64,000 nucleotides of DNA from Candidatus Multivoradales bacterium (lineage in GTDB: Bacteria; Acidobacteriota; Thermoanaerobaculia; Multivoradales; JAHEKO01). The notes under the pieces are model-generated. The model was not told the origin of the DNA and searched no databases. It saw nothing but the letters and a program-made list of their open reading frames with translations. The stretch lies in assembly GCA_965248055.1 (NCBI GenBank), contig CBDFIJ010000004.1:2144001-2208000 (forward strand), in the 5' to 3' direction. The position numbers and the translations under genes are program-made. Positions 56,497 through 64,000 of the stretch are shown piece by piece; position 1 is the stretch's first letter; the number at the start of each line of letters is the position of its first letter.

Positions 56497-59025
56497 CTAT
56501 GGATTTTGCAACAGCAGTAGTTGTGGCTGTTCCTGTAGTTCTTGGAACAGTCGCTCGGCGACCAGTCGATGGCCAATGGCATTGGGATGTTCGTCGGCTG
56601 GACTAACGCGCAGTTCGGCGCGTTGGTCATAAGGGTACACGCCGTCGAGCGAGATTATTTGGAATCCAGCGGCCTGCGCATTGCGCTTCAGCCGTGGCAG
56701 GTTGCGCCAACTGGTGTGTTCCCACAGTTTGGGCAAGTAGACCCACACCGGGCGAGCTCCCGCTTCAATCGCAGCTTGGGCGAACTGGTTGTAACTGTGG
56801 GCGACTGCTTGATTCGCGGGTACCCCTTGTAGCTGGAGGACTGCCCGAGAGATCCGTTCGTCTTTGGTAAGTCCATCAGGCACTCTGTCCTGAGGTGCTG
56901 CCGTTTGCGCCAACTCATCGAGGAAAGCATCGGGGATCTCGACGCCACTCACCAGGGTGCGGGCAAGATGCTTACGAGCCCAGAAATTTTCATCCGAATG
57001 GGCGATGTAGAGCACCAAGTCGGGTTCAAACCCCAGAACGCTCTCCCTTAGAAGCACCAACTGTTGCAAGGGGCTGTAGTCGTCAATGGCATGGTTGAGT
57101 ACCTGATAGCTGGTGTTGTCTCCGAAATCCTCTCGATTGAGGTCTTCTTCCAGGAGGTGGGCGAAGACCTCGTTGTCGCCGACCCCATGACCCATGACGT
57201 GGGAGGCTCCCATCACCGCAATGCGGAATGTTTCTGGTGGCTTCGCCAATGAGTATTCCTGATCCCGCATTCCCCACTGATTGGAGGAAAAGCGCTTGCC
57301 TTTGTAGAGGCCGGTGGTATTGGGCTGGATCTCATGCCACAAGAAGTCGGTGCGCCGCCGGAAGAGATCCGAGTCGTGAGCTGCAACGGCTGGCTCGGCA
57401 GCGGCAAACCGCTGCCAAAGTTGGGACTCGAAACGACTCGAATGCTGGAGCGTTTCGTAGTAGCTATGTTCCAGCAGTGCCCGGTCGGTTGCGTTCAATC
57501 GAGAAGATCGCAGGTCTGCCACCTTGCTTGCGAATCGCGGTCCCAATGGGGCTGCCAATGAGGGGACCGTGAGCAGAGCGACAACCGCCAAGAGGCCAGC
57601 GGTCCAACTCTCGGGTTTGCCTGGCACCGCTTTGAGCAGATAGGAAAGGTCTACGCTCCCTTTGGAATTCGGCATCCGTCGAAGAAACCGCAACACCAGA
57701 TACGGGACGACGACAGCAAGTAGCAGAGTCCAGCCGCTGGTAACGGTCCATAGCCTCGACCAGGAGCGCAATGATTCCGCCGACCAGAGAGACCACAGGA
57801 TGGCGACCGTGGTGAAGGTCATCAGCGCTTTGAGGAAAAATTCGACCGTTCGACGCGGGGTCCAGGCAACCGGACCCAAGCGTTTACGCCCCTTGGTCTT
57901 TGCTTCGGTCAGGGAGTTGGCTAGGACCACGACTCCCATCGCGCCCCAGAAAAGGGCGTCGGTGCCTCTTATCGGAAAGTCGCCCTGGAGCCAGAACCAC
58001 TGATAGGCGTGGAGGAACCAGGTAATGGCGAAGACCACAACGGTTGCGACGCACAAGGTAGCGGTACGACCCATGCCGCGCCGACTCAGAGTCATGTAGA
58101 TCGGCAGATAGAACACCTTGACCATGAAGTCTTTCCAATAGATGTTGATCCGTCGCCAGTAGTCGTTGAAGTTGGTGGCAAAGAAGTAAAGATTGTTGGT
58201 TTCAGGAAGGTTGAAGCCGAACATCTTGAGCAGCCCGACGATCAGATGGAATTGACCGCCGACCCTCAGATAGAGCAGCACTCCGACCACCAAGTAGCGA
58301 ACCAGCGTTGCGGCGTTGGTCACCTCGTGGGGGGCCAAGGTGAAGTAGTAATAAACCACTTGATAGAGAAGTAGGTGCAGAACACCACGACCCATCCAGT
58401 GGAGTCCCTGGCGATAGAGGGTTGGTGGGTCTTGGTCGAAGTAGTGGTTCGAGAATCGGTGGTAGTCGAGAACCGGAAACAGGGGAAAGCAGACATTGGG
58501 CAGAGGAAAGAAATAGGCCAAGGTACGCATCGGGCGAACGTCGGTGACGTTGTGCCGGATGTCATAGAGGTAGACGATCAAGCGAAACATGAACATCGAC
58601 GCCAGGATCGCCCACGCTGGGCGCGACCAAGGCGAGGGCAAAACGGTGATCCGCTGCAGAGCGAGCACTGCGCCCGCGCCGAGCAGTAAGACAAGCCTGA
58701 GGACAAAAGGAATCGGTAAGTGACAAAGCAAGATCAAGCTGATCCCGATCGCCAGAACCCACAAGCCGGTCGAAACGCCGGCAACCCACAGCAAGCCAGT
58801 GATCGAGAGAGCGACAAAGAATCCCTGCCGGTAGCGCAGTGGTAACAGAGCGCTGACGACGAATCCTCCGAGAGCCCAAACCATCAGATCTTGCAGCGCA
58901 GAACTCTCCAGATCGAATCGGCGCACGATCACGGCCAGGAGCGCGAAATAGACCACCGACCAGACCAAAGTCGCTGGATGTAGTGGTTGGCTGGGGTTGT
59001 CTGCTGGGACGGTGGAAGAGTTCAC
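56497..59025 (-). CDS. MBOAT (AlgI/DltB-like) O-acyltransferase fused to a C-terminal SGNH domain
   Basis: Many TMs, FGFNLPET, NFNDYWRRINIYWKDF, TWFLH; C-terminal RIAVMGASHVMG...DEHPNAIGH. Confidence 0.82.
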   Translation of the reverse strand: MNSSTVPADNPSQPLHPATLVWSVVYFALLAVIVRRFDLESSALQDLMVWALGGFVVSALLPLRYRQGFFVALSITGLLWVAGVSTGLWVLAIGISLILLCHLPIPFVLRLVLLLGAGAVLALQRITVLPSPWSRPAWAILASMFMFRLIVYLYDIRHNVTDVRPMRTLAYFFPLPNVCFPLFPVLDYHRFSNHYFDQDPPTLYRQGLHWMGRGVLHLLLYQVVYYYFTLAPHEVTNAATLVRYLVVGVLLYLRVGGQFHLIVGLLKMFGFNLPETNNLYFFATNFNDYWRRINIYWKDFMVKVFYLPIYMTLSRRGMGRTATLCVATVVVFAITWFLHAYQWFWLQGDFPIRGTDALFWGAMGVVVLANSLTEAKTKGRKRLGPVAWTPRRTVEFFLKALMTFTTVAILWSLWSAESLRSWSRLWTVTSGWTLLLAVVVPYLVLRFLRRMPNSKGSVDLSYLLKAVPGKPESWTAGLLAVVALLTVPSLAAPLGPRFASKVADLRSSRLNATDRALLEHSYYETLQHSSRFESQLWQRFAAAEPAVAAHDSDLFRRRTDFLWHEIQPNTTGLYKGKRFSSNQWGMRDQEYSLAKPPETFRIAVMGASHVMGHGVGDNEVFAHLLEEDLNREDFGDNTSYQVLNHAIDDYSPLQQLVLLRESVLGFEPDLVLYIAHSDENFWARKHLARTLVSGVEIPDAFLDELAQTAAPQDRVPDGLTKDERISRAVLQLQGVPANQAVAHSYNQFAQAAIEAGARPVWVYLPKLWEHTSWRNLPRLKRNAQAAGFQIISLDGVYPYDQRAELRVSPADEHPNAIGHRLVAERLFQELQEQPQLLLLQNP

Positions 59026-59028
59026 CAG

Positions 59029-60762
59029 TTATCCAATGCGCAGGCTTGCCAAGGGCTCCAATTCACCCCGGGAGTAGAGAAGTCGGTAGTGCCGGTGTCG
59101 TCGTTTGCCGCTAGAAGTCTTGCTCATCGAACCGAGCGGCAACAAAACGATGTCCCAGGCCGCCACGCCTAGGCCCTGTACTACCGCTTGGCGCACCTTT
59201 CGTGGCAGTTTCTGAGGAGTTTCAACCTCTCGGTCTTTGAGTTCCGCGACAATGACCAACTGTTGGGTGCCAGTCTCCACGTCGTCAACGCCAAAGACCG
59301 CGAAACAACCCGGTCGCAAGAACGGAACCTGAAATAGCGTGCTCTCGAAATCGCTCGGGTCATATTTCTTGCCGTGCAGGTTGATTCGTTCTTGGGCACG
59401 GCCGGTCCAGAACAACTCGCCGTCACGTAGGTAGCCCAGATCTCCGGTCTTGAGCAAGCCGCTGGAGAATGCGGATCGACTAGCGTCTGGATCGCCGAGG
59501 TAGCCCAACATGCGAGACGGAGTATCCAAAGCCACCTGTCCGACGTGGCCGTCGGGAAGCGGTTGATCTAGGTCATCCAAAATATGCACTTGGAGCTGCG
59601 GATGACCCTTCCCGGCGCTCACTACATCGACCGTTGGTTGGTCTGCGGCGTCAACGACCGGCGTCGCGATGCCCCGCTCGTGAAGCTGCGAAGCATCAAC
59701 CTGTTCCCAGCGCGCACCGTGGTTACTGAAGGTCGCACCTCCGATATTTTCGGCGCAGCCAAAGTTGGTCTTAAGCGCCTGCCAGGAAACTCCCAATGGA
59801 GCAAAGCGGCGATGGAAAGCTTGCAACGTGTCCAGGTGGATGCGCTCCGCGGCGTTCCAGAACCCGCGCACCGAGTCGAGGTGAAGATCCTCGATCTCCT
59901 GGTCAGAGACCCTCTGCGCAGTCAATGCAAAGCCAAAGTTGGGCGACCAAGTGGTAGTGGCCCTGGTGGACGACAGCGCGCGTAACCAGGTTGCCGGGTC
60001 GGCGACAAAGCGTTGGGTTGGCAGCATTCCAAGAGGGATTCCATGGGTCATACAGAGCAGGAAATTATTGACCAAGCCCATGTCATGGTAGAGCGGAGTC
60101 CAGTTGATAAATAGGTCGTCGGCGTTCAGCTGCATGGCATCGACCATTCCGTCAACCGCTGCCAGAACCCGATCTTGACGCCAGGCGCAGATGCGCGGAA
60201 ATCCGGTGGTTCCCGAGGTCAATTGGAAAGCGGCAAGGTCGTCGCCAGATGGTGGCTGGTGTTGCAAGTTGCCGTCCATCGGTAGGGTTGCGTCGTGCGC
60301 AAGGACCACAGGTCGCAATCTGGGCACTTCAGCGGCAACTTCCTCAGCCTCTTGCCGGAAGCCGTCGCGGCTGACTAGGAGCTGAACAGACTCGCCGTTG
60401 GGAGAAGGGACTTGCGTCGATAAACATTGTGCGACGTGCTGCAAGACCTGGCGCAGATTGCTATGCAGTCCACGAATGATCGGTGGAGCAACCAGGACCG
60501 GAAGAGCATTGTTGAGCAAGGCGCCCAACAACAGAGCACAACAGGTGGCGTCGGAATCGAGAACCAAAATACACGGAGATCCAGGCCGTAGACCCGCACG
60601 GTGAAGAAAATCCGCGGCTCCAAGGGCTCGTTGGTGGGTCTCCTCGCGCGTCCACCACTGCCACTGTTGACCGTCATCTGAAAAGCCCAGTGCCCGAGCC
60701 TGTGGCTTTGAAGTCCAAGAAGCCAGCAATCTGGATTGAATTGAATGCGTTGTACTAACCAC
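59029..60762 (-). CDS. Fatty acyl-AMP ligase-like adenylating enzyme
   Basis: FQLTSGTTGFPR, WTPLYHDMGLV, SPNFGF, FGCAE, KTGDLGY, KTSSGK. Confidence 0.85.
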   Translation of the reverse strand: MVSTTHSIQSRLLASWTSKPQARALGFSDDGQQWQWWTREETHQRALGAADFLHRAGLRPGSPCILVLDSDATCCALLLGALLNNALPVLVAPPIIRGLHSNLRQVLQHVAQCLSTQVPSPNGESVQLLVSRDGFRQEAEEVAAEVPRLRPVVLAHDATLPMDGNLQHQPPSGDDLAAFQLTSGTTGFPRICAWRQDRVLAAVDGMVDAMQLNADDLFINWTPLYHDMGLVNNFLLCMTHGIPLGMLPTQRFVADPATWLRALSSTRATTTWSPNFGFALTAQRVSDQEIEDLHLDSVRGFWNAAERIHLDTLQAFHRRFAPLGVSWQALKTNFGCAENIGGATFSNHGARWEQVDASQLHERGIATPVVDAADQPTVDVVSAGKGHPQLQVHILDDLDQPLPDGHVGQVALDTPSRMLGYLGDPDASRSAFSSGLLKTGDLGYLRDGELFWTGRAQERINLHGKKYDPSDFESTLFQVPFLRPGCFAVFGVDDVETGTQQLVIVAELKDREVETPQKLPRKVRQAVVQGLGVAAWDIVLLPLGSMSKTSSGKRRHRHYRLLYSRGELEPLASLRIG

Positions 60763-60893
60763 GATCGTGCCGGGAGTTTACCTGCCGCCGTTTAAGATTT
60801 CTCACCGCCGGTGGCTGGTGGTGCATGAGCACCCAGAGCCCGGTTTGCCACCGGAAGCAAGAATACCGGTAGAGTCGGTTGGGACCTACGCAC

Positions 60894-61316
60894 ATGTCAA
60901 AAGAAGACAATTCTGGAGATTTCGAGTTCGCAACTTCGGAATCGACGACCTGTGGTGTGCCTGTCTCGGTCCAAGCGCACTACGATTCGACTCGCTCGCG
61001 GCCCAATCGAGGTCTGTGGTTTTTTCTCTACACAGTGACGATCACCAACGGCGAAGAGGAGTGTGTCCAACTGCTGACCCGCCATTGGGTCATCCGCGAC
61101 GCTCAGGACAACCTCGAAGAGGTCCGAGGTGATGGGGTGGTGGGAGAGACGCCGACGCTGGCTGTGGGTGAGAGCCATCAGTACACCTCTGGCTGTCCGT
61201 TGACCACCGAGTTTGGATCGATGCGTGGCAGCTACGGCATGGTGACCGCTTCGGGAGAGCACTTCAACGCCGAAATCGCGGAGTTTGTTCTGAGTCCTCC
61301 TTATACTGTTCATTGA
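60894..61316 (+). CDS. apaG: ApaG protein
   Basis: FFLYTVTITN, VQLLTRHWVI.D, EEVRGDGVVGETP, YTSGCPL.T.FGSMRG.Y. Confidence 0.95.
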   Translation: MSKEDNSGDFEFATSESTTCGVPVSVQAHYDSTRSRPNRGLWFFLYTVTITNGEEECVQLLTRHWVIRDAQDNLEEVRGDGVVGETPTLAVGESHQYTSGCPLTTEFGSMRGSYGMVTASGEHFNAEIAEFVLSPPYTVH

Positions 61317-61376
61317 TAAACAGTGCATTGATAAACAGTGCATTGATAAACAGTGCATTGATAAACAGTGCGTTGA
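61305..61376 (+). repeat. 15-bp tandem repeat at the apaG stop
   Basis: ACTGTTCATTGATAA, then ACAGTGCATTGATAA x3, then ACAGTGCGTTGA. Confidence 0.95.
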
Positions 61377-61402
61377 TTGACAGACGCTGTATTGATTAAC
61401 GA

Positions 61403-62032
61403 TTGAACAGTTGGCTTCAGGATCTGCGTTATGGCATTGCGGTGTTTACCGTGGCGATCGTGCCGTTGATATTGGTCTATTGGTATTTGATTCATTCGTT
61501 GACCCGATTGTGGAGGTGGATCGGCGTTCGAGGTACCTTTGCTATTGCTGGGACACTCTGTTTGGCCGCTTTTTGGACAACGGTCCATTTTCGCCAGCTC
61601 CACATGACCGCAGTTTGGCCATTTCACTGGATGCTGGTAATGATAGGAGTGGCGCTGTTGGCGGTTGCCTACAAGATCGAAAAAGAGTGTCATCGACTCC
61701 TAGCGTTAAGGGTCATGGTTGGCATTCCTGAGTTCGGCGACCAAGAGTGGGAAAACACGACCTTGCTCACCCAAGGGATCTACAGCCGAACCCGCAATCC
61801 TCGCTATTTAGCGATATTGCTAGGGATGCTGGGGATTGCCTTGATGGTGCAGTTTCCGGCGGTCTACTTGGCCTGGGTGGTTATTGTTCCCGGGACCTAT
61901 CTTTTGATTTTGCTGGAGGAGAGAGAGCTCAAAGGGCGATTTGGCCAAGAATACCGACGCTATCTAAATGATGTGCCACGATTGATTCTGCGGGCTCAGC
62001 GGAGCCACGACCCCGGTGATCGAGGACAGTGA
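61403..62032 (+). CDS. Isoprenylcysteine carboxylmethyltransferase/PEMT-family membrane protein
   Basis: LLTQGIYSRTRNPRY, LEERELKGRFGQEYRRY...VPR. Confidence 0.88.
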   Translation: MNSWLQDLRYGIAVFTVAIVPLILVYWYLIHSLTRLWRWIGVRGTFAIAGTLCLAAFWTTVHFRQLHMTAVWPFHWMLVMIGVALLAVAYKIEKECHRLLALRVMVGIPEFGDQEWENTTLLTQGIYSRTRNPRYLAILLGMLGIALMVQFPAVYLAWVVIVPGTYLLILLEERELKGRFGQEYRRYLNDVPRLILRAQRSHDPGDRGQ

Positions 62033-62056
62033 TCGAGGACTTTCGGAGGAGGAGCC

Positions 62057-64000
62057 ATGAAACGAGCAATGATTCTCATGAGTGGACACCTGTGGCTGAT
62101 GCTCGGTGCGTCTCTCGCAGCACAGCCCCCGCTGTTATCGGTCGAAACCGTCCGGGCGCTGGCAGACGAACTGTCAGGGACGCACGCCAAGTTGGTGGTC
62201 CAGGAGTTGACCGAACACCATCGGATGAGGGCGTCTCAGGGGTACCGTGCTGCGGCTGAGGCCGTGCTTCAACAAGCTGAGCAAGCTGGCCTGGAAACCG
62301 AGATAATCGAGCTTCCCGCCGATGGGAAGATCTATTATGGCACCCAGAGATCGCGCCCGGCATGGAATGTGGAGTTTGCTGAGCTTTGGCAAGTCGAGGA
62401 GAACGGCAACGACCTGCGGATAGCGTCGTATCAATTGCGCCCTTTGACCGTGGCTCAAGATAGCGCTTCGGGTCGTGCGGAAACCACACTGGTGGATATT
62501 GGAGTCGGCACTTCTGAGGTCGACTACCAAGGCAAAGAGATTGCCGGGAAACTGGTTTTGACCTCGTCGCAACCGGGTGCGGTGAGCGCGTTGGCGGTCG
62601 ACAAATATGGTGCCGCGGGCATCATTTCCTATGCCCAGAATCAAAAAAGCGCTTGGTGGGGTGAGGATCGCAACCTGGTGCGTTGGGGTCACCTGAACAC
62701 TTTCCCTGCGCCAACCACATTTGGATTCATGGTCACGGTCAATCAGGCACTGAAGTGGCAACAGGAGATAGCCGCTGGCAGGTCGGTGAATTTGCGAGCG
62801 GTGGTTGAGGCGGCGCGGCAATCGGGTGCCTACCTGATCCCCACCGCCTTGATTAGGGGAAGCGAGTTACCCGAAGACGAAATCGTGTTTTCCTGCCATC
62901 TCGATCATCCCCGTCCTGGCGCCAATGACAACGCCAGTGGCTGCGCGACGATTTTGGAGGTCGCTCGCGCGCTGGCCAAGCTGATTGACGAGGGCAAGAT
63001 CGAAAGACCTCGCAGGTCGATCCGCTTCGTATGGCCGCCAGAAATCGAAGGCACGATTGCACTGCTCAACGCCCGCCCAGAGATCGCGGAAAATGCTCGG
63101 GCGGTTCTCCACCTCGACATGGTGGGAGGCTCGGCCGAGGTCACCAAATCGATCTTTCACGTCACTCGTTCTCCACGCAGCTTGCCTACTTTTGTTAATG
63201 ACGTCAGTGAGGCCTTTGCACGGTTTGTTAACGAGCAGTCGTATTGGCATTCGGCGGGCAGAGAGGTGGAGTTCCCGTTGGTGGACCCGGAAGGAAGCCG
63301 CCAAGCGTTGCAGGCGCGTATTGCACCCTTCTTCATGGGTAGCGATCACCAAGTTTGGGCTGCAGGTTCTTTTCGCGTCCCGGCGATCTACCTCAATGAT
63401 TGGCCTGATCGCTACATCCACACCGACCGCGACCACCTGAGCAATATCGACAGCACCAAGCTGCTCCGGGCGGCTTTCATTAGTGCTGCTAGTGGCTACT
63501 ACTTGGCCAACTTGGGGACAGAGGAGATTGCAGACTTGTTGGCAGTCATCCACCGGCAGGCGGTGGAGCGCACGGCTGGTGTTTTGGCCGAAATGGAGCG
63601 TGCTGAAGGTTACGAAGAGGCCGCCAACCTCGCCGGCCAGCACGTGCTCTACGAGCAGGGAGTCATCGACTCGATCGGTACTTTTGTCTCTCTCTCCCCA
63701 GAGGCACAGCATCATGCAAAGCATCAGATCGCGCGCCTGCAGATTTTGGTCGGAGAGGGCAAGTCGAGTGACCTGGAGTCCTCGGACGAATTGATCTGCA
63801 CCCGGACCTTCAACCCCCGCGGGCCGATGAATGGATTTGGTTACAGCTATTTCTCCGACCAGCTCCAAAAGCAGAAACTGGAGCAACCCGAGCTGTTGTC
63901 CTATCAAGGTCGATCGGGCGGCGGAGCTGAGTACGCTTATGAAGTCTTGAACTTGATCGATGGCGAGCGCTCCGCTGCCAAGATCCGTGACGCGGTTGCC
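62057..64000 (+). CDS. Secreted M28-family peptidase (DUF4910-like), runs off the window and is missing from the ORF track
   Basis: GGAGGAG RBS, ATG 62057 MKRAMIL...; manual translation gives SCHLDHPRPGANDNASG, RFVWPPEIEG, LHLDMVG, GSDH, YIHTDRD. Confidence 0.88.
   Translation, partial: MKRAMILMSGHLWLMLGASLAAQPPLLSVETVRALADELSGTHAKLVVQELTEHHRMRASQGYRAAAEAVLQQAEQAGLETEIIELPADGKIYYGTQRSRPAWNVEFAELWQVEENGNDLRIASYQLRPLTVAQDSASGRAETTLVDIGVGTSEVDYQGKEIAGKLVLTSSQPGAVSALAVDKYGAAGIISYAQNQKSAWWGEDRNLVRWGHLNTFPAPTTFGFMVTVNQALKWQQEIAAGRSVNLRAVVEAARQSGAYLIPTALIRGSELPEDEIVFSCHLDHPRPGANDNASGCATILEVARALAKLIDEGKIERPRRSIRFVWPPEIEGTIALLNARPEIAENARAVLHLDMVGGSAEVTKSIFHVTRSPRSLPTFVNDVSEAFARFVNEQSYWHSAGREVEFPLVDPEGSRQALQARIAPFFMGSDHQVWAAGSFRVPAIYLNDWPDRYIHTDRDHLSNIDSTKLLRAAFISAASGYYLANLGTEEIADLLAVIHRQAVERTAGVLAEMERAEGYEEAANLAGQHVLYEQGVIDSIGTFVSLSPEAQHHAKHQIARLQILVGEGKSSDLESSDELICTRTFNPRGPMNGFGYSYFSDQLQKQKLEQPELLSYQGRSGGGAEYAYEVLNLIDGERSAAKIRDAVA

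Noticed and set aside
62174-63907. Long minus-strand ORFs (215 and 346 aa)
   Set aside because: Antisense shadows of the plus-strand M28 peptidase

Overview
GC-rich bacterial chromosome segment. The gene types (VWFA-related acidobacterial protein, Oar-type TonB-dependent receptor, wHTH-TolB receptor, amidase-GerMN-murI-rph operon) suggest Acidobacteriota, possibly Thermoanaerobaculia (inference). A housekeeping backbone (ftcD, mpl, rph, murI, amidase, tRNA-Glu(CTC), terC, acyl-CoA dehydrogenase, apaG, M28 peptidase) is interleaved with accessory DNA: intact IS256 and IS630, an IS30 remnant, two RAYT (Y1/HUH) transposases, a REP-flanked GIY-YIG nuclease, several REP families, three toxin-antitoxin loci and a probable HEPN protein. 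Best leads: (1) a four-gene candidate defence module, HigB + HigA-IrrE peptidase + P4-type beta protein + convergent sce7726 nuclease-like gene; (2) a recurrent signature in which a duplicate of a gene's 3' part (thioredoxin, rph, terC, RAYT, apaG) lies near the intact gene, often bracketing cargo and next to REP palindromes; (3) a GIY-YIG/GTCA-REP element; (4) a FAAL + MBOAT-SGNH fusion + ACP acylation operon. All calls come from reading the sequence; no database searches were run.
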